NCBI RefSeq assembly: GCF_964213995.1
Contig: NW_027590120.1
Coordinates: forward strand, 434,001 to 498,000
Direction of reading: 5' to 3'
DNA from: Mustelus asterias
Taxonomy: Eukaryota
Length of the DNA: 64,000 nt
The notes below the pieces were generated by a model. It was not told the origin of the DNA, searched no databases, and was given only the letters and a program-made list of their open reading frames with translations. Shown here piece after piece: positions 35,531-49,810 of this stretch; the stretch's first letter is position 1, and every line of letters begins with the position of its first letter. Position numbers and translations under genes: made by a program.

Positions 35531-37679
35531 GGACCGGAATCTGCTGCGGAATTTATTGCGGTATGTGGAATTTGTTACTAGCTGCACACCATCTCTTAGC
35601 GTATCAAGCTCTGATATTATATCTGATGGACATTGACTCAGCTTCCACTGCAATGCAGGCTGACATCCGCCAACATCTCAGGTCTGCAGTGGAAGCTCAG
35701 GTTACAACGATTGGATCCATGCTTGCTGCCATGCAGCCTCAGGCAGCTATTCGCATGGAGTGAGGTCTTCACGGGGTCTGCATACACTCTTCAATCAAGA
35801 AATATGTGCTGCCATAGAACGTTACTATTGCTGCTGTCATGACTCATTGGAGTGGCAGTGGCTGAGCGGAGCAAGAAAATGCTGCTTTCTATCAGAATGC
35901 TCATCCCATTCACTGACAGTTTGTCAGTCTCCGTCATGTTGCCAATCAGCCAGTTCAGACAGCTGATACCCATCTCCAGATGTTGCAAAGAAAATCTGAG
36001 TCATCAACCACCAACTTTCTTGACTCTCTCCCAATGAACGGAAGCGGACGGGACGTTGAAACAACAACTGGACAAGATTGGTGTTAGGGCAGATAACTGC
36101 TTTGGAAAATAATGGGAATATTGGCGCCAAACAAGCGTCAGTCCGTGGCCATCGCCAACGAGACAGAATATTCCCATCTCCGTTTGAAATGCAATAGAAA
36201 TATCATCGCTGCATCCTCCAAAAGCAAAGCTTAAGAATTACCATTAACCATTAATGATTACCAGAGTTTAACCATTCTTTAAATAAATTATTTTATTGGA
36301 AATGATTTGGATGTTCGCTGGATAGTTTTCAGAAACACCTGAACTGCTGCAGAGAGTCAAAGATGTCAGCGATCAGCTCAAAGTCAAATGGTCTGTTTCA
36401 GGTGGAAAGGTTTTTTGTTCAGACTTTGATATTGACCAGAGAGAGGAATAGAATCATAGCACATGGGATGGAATAGGAGCTCCTGATTAAGATAATATAG
36501 AACATAGAACATAGAACATTACAGCGCAGTACAGGCCTTTCGGCCCTCGATGTTGCGCCGACCAGTGAAACCAATCTAAAGCCCATCTAACCTACACTAT
36601 TCCAATATCATCCATGTGTTTATCCAATGACCATTTAAATGCCCTTAATGTTGGTGAGTATCTTCTGTCTTCTCAAAATTTGATTGACAAGAATAGTAAT
36701 GCAATTAAACATGGTTTACACAATTAATGGCTGTCTAGGGAAACTTAACAGGAACACCAATGATTGCCAGAGTGGGATAGTAACCGGCATGAATGATCAA
36801 AATTGTGTATCAGATCCGATGAGCTAATGTTACCCAATAATAATCCATTGTCAGATAGAAAAGTCCCTCTGTTAATCTCCTGCTCATTATTGCAACATTC
36901 CAGTCCATTGGTCTCCGATTCTGATCTGCGGCTGTGCAATTCCAGTCTGTTGTTCTCGGACTCTGACCCATTGTTGTAACATATCAATCCATTGTACTCA
37001 GATTCGGATCTCTCCTCTCCCTCTTTCTGGAGCCGCTGATCCTTGTTTCTGATAGAAGTGCCGCTCCCACTGACACTTTGGGATAACTTACTGAAATGTG
37101 TGCTTTTTTGATAGTATCACAATTCGGATCCGTGGAGACTGATATGAATTGCAGTCACTGAACAAAGAGTTTCAGTTAACTCCATTCAATCCAGCACTTT
37201 CTTTATATCACCATGAAGTGAGACAATCAGATGTTCTGGATGACATATGTTGGTTTACAGAAGGATAGGATGGTGGAAATAGCGGAGGGACTAGTTTGAC
37301 CTTTCTGGTACGCTGGTGTTGTGCCAGAGTATTGAGGTTTGTAAGTTTTCCTCGTTCTAAAAGAAGAATGATTCACCGTGGTGCGTACATCAGCATAGAA
37401 TATGTGGTGAGGAAATCTGTACAGGCCTGAACACTAATAAAGATGAGACTTTTTAGTAAAGTATGTATTTCGAATGAAAAAGAAAACTTATACCAGTGTC
37501 AGTGGGATTTTGTTGGCCATGACTTCCTGGATCTCCAGTGTCCCATTTGGGGCTATCCCAAGGATGGGCTGGGGAATCCCTTTTTGCATTTCCTCACTTA
37601 ATTTTGTTTTCCTTAAATTCTCCAGAACATTCCATGAACTGCGCTGCGAGGCTTGGAACTTTTGATGTAGAATCATAGC

Positions 37680-38930
37680 ATCATTGAAACCCTATAATGC
37701 AGAATCAGGCACAGACTCTCTCTGACAAAGTACCTTTCCCTATCCCGGCATCCGCACCCATTTACCATAGCTAATCCATCTAACCAACACATCTTCGGAC
37801 ACTAAGGGGAATTTATCATGACCAATACACCTAAACAACACGCAGGAGAATGTGCATGTTGCACACAGACAGTCACCCGAGGCTGGAATGAACCTGGGTC
37901 CATGGTGCTGTGAGGCAGCAGTGCCAACCAATCTTTCACAGTGCTGCACTGTATGATGCCAATTTCTGACATTTTTGGCAATTTTAACCTCATTTTTACT
38001 TGGAACGAGTTCGAAGGGAAGAAAAAGAAACTTTAAACTTGAGACTAACTATGTTAGAGTGTTGGACAGAACCCTGCACAGAAGCCCGCCACACCCCTGC
38101 GCTCCATCCACTCTCCAGCATGGCCACCACCCTGGTGCACACACCCTCATCACATCTCTCTGCCTGTCCAGAGAAAATGTGTGTGAATCAATGGCGCGCA
38201 CCTGGGTGGGATATATGTGGGTTCTGCGAGGCTCAATATTTAGAACAATCTTCCCGGCCACGCTGGCAGAGTCCAAAAGCACTTCCCACCAGTGCTGCGC
38301 CAAAAAGATCACACACATAGGAAACTAAATGACATCTGTGTTAGCCAATCCACCCAACCCGCGCATCTTTGTACTATGGAAGGAATCAGAATCAAAGTAT
38401 CCCTACAGTGCTGAAGGAGGCAATTTGGCCCATCGATTCTGCACCGACTACAATCCCCCCAGGCCCTATTCCCATAACCCCCACTTACCGTGCTATATCC
38501 CCCTGACATTAGGGGAAATTTACCATGGCCAATCCACCTACCCTGCACATATTTGGACTGTGGGAGGAAACCGGAGCGCCTGAGGGAAACCCAAACACAC
38601 ACACACACACACACACAGGGAAAAAGTGCAAGCAGGAAATAGAAACAATGACAGAACATCATTGCTGGCCTTGTTCATGTACCTCCATGTATTTAACCCG
38701 CTTGCCCCCGAACACACACATCTTGGAACACTAATGGGCAATTTAGCATGGGAATCCACTGTCACCAATCGACTTAACCACACATTTTTCAACTGCAGGA
38801 GCACTTGGAGGATGGCCGCGCAGAAACTGGGAGAACATGTGAACTCCACACAGACAGGCACCCAAGACCAGAATTGAAGCAAGTGGCCTGGCACTCTGAG
38901 GCAGCAGTGCTAACCATTCTGCCACCATAG
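37680..38930 (-). mobile_element. Cluster of HE1-like SINE copies and fragments
   Basis: Heads near 37925 and 38925 (gaggcagcagtgc(t/c)aacca) and bodies at 38330-38600. Confidence 0.7.
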
Positions 38931-39436
38931 TGCACGTCTTACAATTAAAGGGCATAATTTCAGTATTTGCTGATTGCATATTACTCGGAGATCTAATGAA
39001 CTGATATCAGTTAGATTTTCTAGGACTCAAATAGGATCTCGACATGATCAGAGACACAACAGGTTAATATCCATACATGTATATGTTCCAGTGTATGTGT
39101 ACATATCAACGTATACAAAGTGGTGGGACATGCTTATGAGATGCTTTTAAACAAAAGCGACATGTTATTTGTTTTCCTGAATAGAGGCATAGAATAGTCA
39201 ATGCAAGAATGTCACCTTAACATTGCATTAATCTTTATTTAGTCCACAGCTAAAGCAAGGTGTTTAATTCTGTGTACCAAATTTCCTGGTCTGGGAGAAG
39301 GTGCTCAGGAAAGTAAGTAGATTGGTGATGATAATGAGTAGGAGCTTCAGTCACGTGGTGAGACTGACGAAGCTGGGACTTCTTTCCCGAGAGGAGGTCC
39401 AAAATATAAGATACTCAGCAGACGAATTTAAAAACC

Positions 39437-40136
39437 AGTCTGGGTTCACTCTGACCGTTGAGATTCAGTGTCTCAGGCCTGGTTGTGTTCACTCTGTCCT
39501 TTCAGATTCAGTGTCTCAGACCTGGCTGGGTTCCCACTGTCCTTTGAGATTCAATGTCTCAGGCCTGGTTGGGTTCACTGTGTCCTTTCAGATTCCGTGT
39601 CTCAGGGTTGGCTGGGTTCACTTTGTCCTTTGAGATTCAGTGTCACAGGCCTGGCTAGGTTCACTCTGTCCTTTGAGATACAGTGTCTCAGGCCTGGTTG
39701 GGTTCACTGTGTCCTTTCAGATTCAGTGTCTCAGGGCTGGCTGGGTTCACTTTGTCCTTTCAGATTCAGTGTCTCAGGGTTGGCTGGGTTAACTTTGTCC
39801 TTTGAGATTCAATGTCTCAGGGCTGGCTGGGTTCACTTTGTTCTTTCAGATTCAATGTCTCAGGGCTGGTTGGGTTCACTGTGTCCTTTCAGATTCAGTG
39901 TCTCAGGGCTGGCTGGGTTCACTTTGTCCTTTGAGATTCCGTGTCTCAGGCCTGGTTGGGTTCACTGTGTCCTTTCAGATTCAGTGTCTCAGGCCTGGTT
40001 GGGTTCACTTTGTCCTTTCAGATTCAGTGTCTCAGGCCTGGCTGGGTTCACGCTGTCCTTTGAGATTCAGTGTCTCAGGCATGGTTGGGTTCGCTGTGTC
40101 CTTTAAGATTCACTGTCACAGGCCTGGCTGGATGTG
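39437..40136 (-). repeat. 43-bp satellite block (~16 units), inverted relative to the block at 52.8-61.3 kb
   Basis: Unit ggttcactgtgtcctttgagattcagtgtctcaggcctggctg. Confidence 0.93.
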
Positions 40137-42584
40137 CTGACTCTCATGGTTCTTTAGAATTGAACGGAGTTGGACATTTTTGGGTTTCCGATGGGGTTGG
40201 GACAAAGTTTCTGTGGAGATAAAGATTTGCAGCAGCAGACAGATTTTCACCTCCCTCCCTCTCTGGTCAAACGGTTGTATTGAGGTGACCTTATTTCATG
40301 ATGTTGGAGGAAACTGATCTCTCTCTACTTCCTCTTACCAATCTCATAAAGCAATGCTAGCATCACTGCACATTTAGTTCTATATCTGGCCGCTGTCTTA
40401 TTCTCACTGTGCATCAGGTAACACATGGTCCTCACTTGGTACTCGCTCCACTCATCCAGGTAAATCAGTTATTCACTCGGAATATCACCCCGAATCCTGT
40501 AACATCACTGAGGTCGCCACTGATGTCACTAAACAACCAGGTTATAACAATTTCCTGACTTGTGTTATCAATAAGTATATCCAGAAACTTCACTGATCAC
40601 TGTCTTATTTCCATTACACAATCGGACACATCATTGAACTTATTTCACCATGGCTGATATTACCTGATGTTTGCCAGTTAGTTTGATTTCCATCCATCTG
40701 TAGTTGCAGATGCCAGCCTGAAAAGTGGATAGATTTTCTATGACAGGGAAGCACAACATTGAATCGGGAAAATTGTTTGAAAACTATCATTTATTGAGCT
40801 CCAAATTAGTGTCATTTCTTCAGAACACTAACAATTCATGTCATCTATTATTTCATTTTAAATTAACGTTGTTGTTGTCAGTACTCATTCAGGCACATAG
40901 CTGAATGGTCTTGCAGTTCTGTAAGGCGAGGTAAAGGCATGAAACATGTCTTCCCTTTGGGGAGGGTAGAAAAACTTTAAACCTCATCCCACAATATGGA
41001 GCGGTATATTTGGATTACCTTTGGAGTACTTTTATAGCACCGAGATTGGGATAACTTTGGAATCATGAATGTCATCAGGCGGTGACTGCTCGGTTAATGT
41101 GTGTATTCAAGATAAGGTCAATCGTTTTACAGATATAAAAGATATCAGCGTGTCGACGTGTAAGAAAATCAGATTTCCTCCCACATTCTGAAAGTCGTGC
41201 TGATTAGGTGCATTTACCCGGACTGTGAGAACGAGGGGAATTTCATAGTAACTTCATTGCAGTGTTAACGTAAGCCTACTTGTGACACTAATAAATATAC
41301 TAAAATAAAACTTTGATCTCAGCATATCGATTCCAGCAATTGGACCATTGTGAGAACCGGGCCTCTGGAAGTGATGAAACTGATCCTCAGGGGCGCTCCC
41401 AACAATTGGTTAATCGACATCAAGAAGGTGAATCTGTATGTGCAACCTCACACTGAAATCATCCTGCTCCCTGTGAGTTCACACAGTGTCTAAAGCCAGA
41501 TGTTTGTCTAAATCCAACGTTTACAATAGTTCACCGAGGAGAATGTTCTCTCCTGATTCCAAATCACCATTACCCCACTGCAATGTGTGATGAGCGTTAA
41601 CCATTATCCTCCCATTACACGATCCCTATCAGATTTTAGTGAACGGCATCAGTATACACTCGGCATGTGCACCTTCCATGAAGCGTCCATAATGGCCGAT
41701 CACATTCTGGGCATCAGTGAATCCTGAGGCTATGAGGGGCTCCGATCTCTGCTCCTGTTCTTGAGCTGATAGTGATTGTCAGTGCAACTGTCCAGCTGCA
41801 GAAAAAGTCCTGTGATACATACTCTACAAGGCTGTGGCGACTAGGGGAATTTCACAGTCACTTCATTGCAGTGTTAATGCAAGCCTTACTTGTGACTATT
41901 AAATAAACTTTAACTTTTGATGCTCTGCTGACCTGCTAGATTATGTAACACATTGCGAAATGCGTCCTTCATGATGGACTCGAACATTTTTGTCAAACGC
42001 AGATGTATTTGTATGTTTTACTAAGTACGCTATAATTACCAATTTATTTCCCTCTCCCTTTGTTGAACAAGGACAGCTTCCAAGTACGATGAGGCAGCCG
42101 TATAATTTAACTATCCGAGAAAAATTAGTACCAATGCATCCATTATCTCTGTAGGTCCTTGCAGAAGTATCCGAGGAAGCAACGCATCAGGTCAAGTAGA
42201 CGTATTGGTATTTAGACCATTTAGTTTCCCTGGTACTTTATTTTCCAGTGACAGCCATCGTAGTTATTGCCTTTCGCATGTTGAAACCATGATTATTTAG
42301 TATTTCTGGAATGTTTTTAGTGTCTTCCGCAATCAAGACTGACGGAAATCATTTCTTTAACTGCTCGGCCATTTGCCAGTTCCGTGCCGTACCCCCACCC
42401 ACCAAACCCCCTTATTATATCACTGGTATTGTTCGCTAAGGAAACGAAAATTGTTCAACGAAAGATAATGTTTGCCATGAGATTTGCCTCCTTCAGTCAA
42501 TCTGTATCAAAGATGACCTCATGTAAATCCCATGACAATGAAATCAGAAGTATGACGGGAGAAAAAGGGGATAAGGAGAGATTA

Positions 42585-43862
42585 GCGAGAGGCAACATGG
42601 TTTTGTGAAGGGGAGGTCATGTCTCACTAGCATGATCGAGTCTTTCGAGGAAGTGACGAAGAGGATTGATGCGGATAGGAAAGTGGCTGGATTTCAGGAA
42701 AGGCCTTTGACAAGGTCCCTCATGGCAGACTGGTGCAGAAGGTGAAGTCGCATGGGATCAGACGTGAGCTGGCAAGGTGGATATGGAACTGGCTCCATCA
42801 TAGAAGACAGACGGTAACATTGGAAGAGTGCGTTTCTGAATGGAGGGCTGTGACAGGGATCAGTGCTGGGTCCTTTGCTGTTGTAATATATATATAGATA
42901 TAAATGATTTGGAGGAAAATGTAACTGGTTTGATTAGTAAGTTTGCAGACAACACAAAGGTTGGTGGATTTCTGGATAGTGACGAGGACCATCAGAGGAT
43001 GCAGCAGGATGTAGACTGGTTGGCGGCTTGGGCAGAGAAATGGCAAATGAAGTTTAATCCGGACAAATTTGAGGTACTGCATTTTGGAAGATCCAATACA
43101 GATGGGAAATATACAGTAAATGGCAGAACCCTTCAGAGTATCGGTAGGCAGAGGGAACTGGGTGTTCAGGTACACAGGTCACTGAAAGTGGAAACACAGG
43201 TGGAGAAGACAGTCAAGACGGCATAGAACTGGCTTGCCTTCATCGGCCGGAGCATTGAGCTTAAAAATTGGCAAGTCATTTTGCAGCTTTATAGAACTTT
43301 AGTTAGGCCGCACTTGGAACATAATATTCAATTCTGGTCGGCACATTACCAGAAAGATGTGGAGGCTTTAGAGAGAGTACGGAAAAGATTTACCAGGATG
43401 TTGCCTGGTATGGAGGGCATTAGCTATGAGGAGAGGCTGGAGAAATTTGGTTTGTTCTCACTGGAACGACGGAGGTTGAGGGGAGACCTGATAGAAGTCT
43501 ACAAGATTATGAGGGGCGTGGACAGAGTGGATAGTCAGAAATTTCTTCCCAGGGTGGAAGAGTCAATTAGTTGGCATAGGTTTGAGGTGTGAGAGGCAAT
43601 GTTTAAAGGAGATGTATGAGGCACGTTTTTTACACAGAGGGTGGTGGGTGCCTGGAACTCACTGCCGGGGGAGGTAGTGGAAGCAGATAAAATAGTGAGT
43701 TTTAAGGGGCGTCTGAACAAAGACATGAATAGGATAGGAATAGAGAGATATGGTCCCAGTAATTGTAGGGAGTTTCTGTTCAGTCGAGCACCATGGAGGG
43801 TGTAGGCTTGGAGGGCCGAAGGGCCTGTTCCTGTGCTGTAATTTTCTTTGTTCTTTGTTCAA
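42585..43862 (+). mobile_element. CR1 LINE 3' part
   Basis: ORFs 42840-43226 and 43281-43592; tail ttctttgttctttgttc. Confidence 0.9.
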
Positions 43863-44939
43863 ACTATCAAGAGCTCTATGAGCCTTTGTGAGGGAGGCCA
43901 TCAAAAGCTGATGAGTGCTGCTTTTTGAGTCGCTGTACTAAATTTTCAATTTCTCGTTCCAATTCAATCTATTTTAATTTATTTTTCTTCTTTTGGAACA
44001 ACAACTGAGATGATGCAACCTCTTATACACACCATCACTCAGTCCAGTAATATCAGGGGTGAGGGATCTGGTGCTGCATTGAGTTCTTGATAGTGTTGAG
44101 ATTGTTGAAGAGTCCAGTGCCTGGAGCTGGGAGCGGTCACAAACTCCCCGTCCATTCAAACTGGCCACTGCAGCGGCTTTGTGACTCCATTGCAGGCCGC
44201 TGTGTGATTGGCTGCTGGCTGCTTTGTGATGTCACCTGGAGACAGGTTATCACCCCTGGTTCCGGCCAATCAGTTTGGGGTCACTCTGGGAGGTTGGGTT
44301 TCAGTACTGGTGTGATGCCAGCTACAGAGGATGCTGCCATGTGAGGCATGGCACACATCAGTTAAAATATGGATCTTATTCTGTATGGACATTGGACGCA
44401 GAAAGAGAGAGAGAGAGAAAGACAGACAGGGATCGTGAGAGAGGGAGAGAATGAGGGGAAAACAGGAAGAGGTGAGGTTTGTGGGGGTGCGGGAAGAGAC
44501 AAAGGATCACAATGACCCAAGCCGGGAATTGAACCCGGGTTCCTGGAGCAGTGAGGCAGCAGCGCTGACCACTGTGCCACCGTGCCGCCCGACATGTTAT
44601 GATTCAATTCTGAGGGTCCCGGGGGAAGGGGGGTGGATTTCACTGTCTCAGCCCCTCTCTGCCTCACTGTCTCTGTATAAACATTTACCAAATTAAAAAA
44701 CACTCAACACTGCACCTTCTGAGATCTTGCTGTGCATCACAGGGATGTTGCTATTAAAAGGGTTTGGCTTAGTTTTAAGAGGGAGTTCAACCCTTTCTGG
44801 AAATGTGGGAACACGCACACACACAGACACAGACACACAGAAACACACACACAGGGTAATGAGTGGGGAAGGGGGCTCACAGCAGGTGATAGTGTGGGGG
44901 TCTGTTGGGGAGGATTGTGACAAGATGGGGGTCGCGGGG

Positions 44940-45350
44940 GTGGTGGGGGGGGGGGGGTGGAGAGAGAGAGAAAGTCAGAGGGAGAGAGAAAGACAAGTGG
45001 AGAGAGAAAGACAGATGAAGATGGAGGGAGTGGGAGAGAGAGAGAGAAAGCAGAGAAAAATAGAGTGAAGGAGAGAGAAAGACAGTCAGGGAGAGAGAGA
45101 GAAAGACAGACAGGGAGGGAATGAGAGAGAAAAATAGACCGGGAGAGAGAGAAACAGACAGGGAGGGAGAGAGAGAGAGAAAGACAGACAGACAGGGAGA
45201 GAAAGGGAAAGGGTGAGAGAGAGAAAGACAGACAGGGAAGGAGAGAGCGAGAAAAAGACAGACAGGGAGGGAGAGAGAGAGAGAAAGACAGACAGGGAGG
45301 GAGAGAGAGAGGAAGACCGACAGGGAGGGAGGGAGAGAGGGAGGGTGAAG
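44940..45350. repeat. GA-rich simple repeat
   Basis: (GA)n/GACA mosaics; a similar tract lies at 46075-46200. Confidence 0.85.
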
Positions 45351-45900
45351 GGAAAACATGAGGTTTGTGGGGTGCAGCGAGGGGGTGGGAAGAGACACAG
45401 GATCACAGTCACCCAAACCGGGAATCGAACCTGGGTCCTTGGAGCTGTGGGATCTTGTTGCGTACGCACTGAGCCTGTGGCCGTTGCCCGGACTGCAACA
45501 GTGACCACATTTTTTAAAACAAAATCTTGCTCAGTGGGTTCGAAGGAAAAAAAGTTGAAACGGAGGTCGGGTAAATTCAAGGACTTAAATCGCCGAGGCA
45601 TCGTAGGCTCTGCAGCAAGTGCTGGGGAATGGGAGTCGTCTAGATTGGTATTTGATAGCCAACATAGACCTGGTGAGCCGAAGGTCCCGTTTCTGTGCTG
45701 TGTGACTCCATATTCTTTTCTCTCTCTCTTTTCCCAGGAATTTATATTTGGATGGGGGGTTTAGAATTTCCCTGTCTCTCTCTCCAGCGTTCTTACCAAT
45801 CCCTGCACCCCACCCCTCCCTCTCTCCCCAGACACTCCTGTCTATATTTCACCTTTCAATCAAATGTGAAAGATAACACCAATGTGAATTGTTGTCAATT

Positions 45901-46072
45901 NNNNNNNNNNNNNNNNNNNNNNNNNNNNNNNNNNNNNNNNNNNNNNNNNNNNNNNNNNNNNNNNNNNNNNNNNNNNNNNNNNNNNNNNNNNNNNNNNNNN
46001 NNNNNNNNNNNNNNNNNNNNNNNNNNNNNNNNNNNNNNNNNNNNNNNNNNNNNNNNNNNNNNNNNNNNNNNN
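45901..46072. other. Assembly gap
   Basis: Run of N. Confidence 1.
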
Positions 46073-47999
46073 GAATGACAGGCAGGGCGAAAGAGAGAGA
46101 GAGAGCGAGGGAGAGAGAGGACAGGGAGGGAGAGAGAAAGACAGGGAGGGAGGGAAAGAGAGAGAGAGAAAGATAGGGAGGGAGAGAGTGAGGGGGAATA
46201 CAGGGAAAGACAGCAAGAGGTGAGGTTTGTGAGGGGTGCAGTGAGGGGGTGGGAAGAGACACAGGATCTGGGGGGTCTCCCGTGGGGAGTCAGTGTCCAG
46301 CTCCCAGTCTCTGGAGAAAATCCTCAGTCACACCCTTCTGGGATTCCTGATGCGCAAAAATAAACCAATGCTGGGAGAGTGATTTAAAGAAAGTGTCTCC
46401 TTCTGGTCACAGCTTGTTCCCAGTTGAAAGAAGGGAGATTAGCTCTCCCTGGAGACTGAGGGGGGGAGGGGGTTATATATCCAGATTCTGAATGGTGTTC
46501 AGGGGGATGGGGGGTGGAGAATGATTACACCAGGCGTGAGGCTGGGGTAATGAAATGTGTCCCCCTTTTGTCCTCTCCGGGTATGATCACATTGCTGGCC
46601 ATGGGATCCTGCTGTGCCATCAATGGCCCGCCGCCTTTCCTGAACTGCAATTGGATAACACACAATTTAAAAGCAAAGCTTGCTCAGTGAGTGTGAAGCC
46701 CCTGGGAGGGAGGGAGGGGGAGAGAGGGGGCTGAAATTAAACCTTTCCTGCCCCGCCACCCTCTCAGTTTTCTTTTGATTGTGGGTTTTATTTTAAATGA
46801 TCTGACAGAAATTTAGAGAGAGCATTTCAATCCCGATTCACCTTGAGATAAAGAACCAGAGCAGAGATCAGTACAGGTTATCGAGAGACAGGAGCAGAGA
46901 CGGGGTATTGGACAGATATAGATCTGGGGAACTGTGTACGAGACAGAGAGGGAGAAACAGAGGGGGGCGGGGTCTGATAGAAGTGGGAACTTCATTGGGG
47001 CCTCCTGCGTTTATTCACTGGCCTGTCTGTGCAGTAAAGCCCCCAGAATGCTTTGATGGGTTTAATAAATTCAATACTGGGACAGTCAGGAGGCATTTGG
47101 AGGTTCATTGCATTTGAAATGTGTTCCCATTTTGTCAGGGTTTAATAATGAGGATGTGAAAATGAGTGTTTCCACCACTCCCAGTGAGATTGTGAATTTC
47201 TGCAAGTCCTGGGATCTTGCTGTGCCTTTTATTGTTTTCAATCAGCTTTTGTTTTGGTTTGAATCAAACTTCATTTTTTTTCTCTTTCGCTCTTCCAAGG
47301 AGAATTTCTTTTGGAATCTTTGACGATGCAGAGAGCGAATAATTTTGCCGTGAGGATTCCTCCGACAAGAGCTACAACCAGAGAGAAAAATATTAATAAA
47401 AGTCCACGTGTCTTTGTCATTCATTTCCATGCACAGACTTGTGGGGTTTTAACACCGAGGGTTAGTGGTCTGTGTGTCAGGGGGAGGGGACATTCCGAGT
47501 GATCCCTGCTCCAATGCAATCCCACAGATTTCAATCCCTCTCCCTGAAGCTGTTTGTGCAACTCCCCCATCCTCAGAACTGTTTTACCACTTCTTTCTAA
47601 TCCCTGTCTCTCCCCATCCTTTACACTTCAGCCTCTCAAAATGGCAGCGTCTTTCCCTTTTTCTCTCCTTCTATCTTACACTCTCTCTTTGAAACATTGT
47701 CACTGTCTTTCTATTTCCCTGGACATCTCACTTTGTATCTCAGCCTCTCTGCACATCTCCCTCTCTCTCTCTGTGGATAATTTTATCTCAATCACAGCAG
47801 CCTCCTCCCTCTTTCTCTGCCCGCACCCCCCCTCTCTCTCTCTGCTCCCCCCTCTCTCGCTGTAGTTATCTCTGCTGCTCTCTCTCTGTGAATCTCTGTG
47901 CGAATTACAGTAGTGTCCCCTCCATCTCTATCTCTCTGCCTCTTATCTCTCTCTCTGCTCTCTTCTGGAAGACGGGTCAGATCATGGGTTTGCTGTTCC

Positions 48000-49810
48000 C
48001 AAGGAGCGAAGAGCCAGGAACATAGCGGAGGGGAGGTAGAAATCGGTGAAATGGGGAAGAATTTGTAATACAGGGGCTTGTTCAGAGCCAGGGGTGATTA
48101 GACAGAGGGAAGGGGGTGGGGGGGGGGGGGAATCAGACAGGTACAAGAGGGGGGAATATTGTTCAGAGGGATTGCAGGGAAGGACGACAGAGATTCGGCA
48201 GGGAGGGAGTCGGGAGGACTTGAGAGTGATTGAAGGAGAGAACCGAGAGGGATTTTGGGGAGTTGAAAGGAAATGGGGGAAACTTAGGGCGGAGGGGGGT
48301 GTTTGGGATTCAGGGAACACTGAGGGAATGTGGGGGGGGGGATTAGAGGGATGTAAACCAGGGTTTGGTGAGGATTTAGCAGTCGGGAATTAGGGAGACA
48401 ATCAGGGGAGAATTGGAGGGATTCGTGAAGGGCGGCCCTCGAGAGGGATTTCTGGGGGTGGGAGGGATCTGGGGGGGCTTCGGGGGATTCAGCAGTGGGG
48501 GGATTAAGACATGTCGTGTGGCTTAGACAGATTGGAGGGGGTGGGATTTGAGAGGGAGAGGGATGCAGCGAGGGCGGAGGGACCCATTCAGGGGGATTGG
48601 AGAGGAATCTGAGGCTCAGAATCGAGAGGGATTCTGGGGGCGGGGGGTGGGGGAGGCTGTGTTCGAGGGAGTCAGGGCGGAGAAGGGGGAGTTAGGGTCA
48701 GAGGGAAAGGGATTTAGGGTGGGGCTTTGCATCAGGGTTAATGTGGTGGGGGCAGAGAGGGGGGAAGGACTTAGAGAGGGATTGGGATTCAGCGGGGGGG
48801 GGGGGCATTGACAGAGATAAAGGGGAGGTTTGAGAGACTTGTGTTGAGGAAGGCTGAGTGAGGCATTTGCAGGTGACAGCAGGATTGAGAGGTGGACTGA
48901 GAGGTATTTAGGGTGGGGGGCATTAGATGGCGGTGGTGGGGGTGACACCCAAGGGATTCAAGAGAGGGACTTTTGGGGAATCGGGGGGGGGTGGGGTGGG
49001 GAGAGAGGGAAAGAGAGGGAGAGTGCCGGGGGTAGAGAGAGGGAGAGTGTGGGGGAGGGAGAGAGTGTGGTGAGGGGAGAGAGAGCAGGGAGGGGTAGAG
49101 AGAGCAGGGTGGGAGGAGAGAGAGCGAGAGTGCGGCAGAGGTAGAGAGAACGAGAGTGCAGGGGGAGAGAGAACGAGAGTGCAGGGGGAGAGAGAGCGAG
49201 AATGTTAGGGGAGAGAGAGCGAGAGTGCAGAGGGGGAGAGAGTGGACTTGGGGGAGAACAGGGGGGGTGGGGGGAGGGCAGGGCGGTGGGGGAGAGACAG
49301 AGAGTGGGGGAGTGGAGGGAGAGAGCGGGGGAGTGGGGGGAGAGAGAGCGGGGGACTGGGGGGCGAGAGAGCGTTCGATGGGGGGAGAGAGAGAGCGGTG
49401 GGGGGACAGAGAGCGGGTGGGCGGTGGGGAGACAGAGAGCGGGTGGGTGTGGGGGGGGGGACAGAGAGCGGGTGGGTGGCGGGGGCACAGAGAGTGGGGT
49501 GGGTGGGAGACAGAGAGCAGCGGGGTGGGAGAGAGAGAAGAAGGACAGAGAGAGAAGGACAGAGAGAGAGAGAAAGGACAGAGAGACAGAGAAAAAGGAC
49601 AGAGAGAGAGAAAAGAGACAGAGAGAGAGAGAAAGGACAGAGAAAGAGAGAAAAGGACAGAGAGAAAGACAGAGAGAGAGATAGACTGAGCGGGAAAAAC
49701 AGAGAGAAAGAGAAGAGAGAGAACAAAGAGAGAGAGAGATAGACTGAGTGGGAAAGACAGAGAAAGAACAGAGAGAAAAAAGAGAGAGAAAAAGTCAGAG
49801 ATAAAGATTG
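48000..49810 (+). repeat. G-rich and GA-rich low-complexity tract
   Basis: Many G4-G13 runs on the + strand, followed by (GA)n. Confidence 0.85.

Noticed and set aside
44510-44590. tRNA gene
   Set aside because: Matches the tRNA-derived SINE head and continues into SINE body sequence; no convincing cloverleaf.
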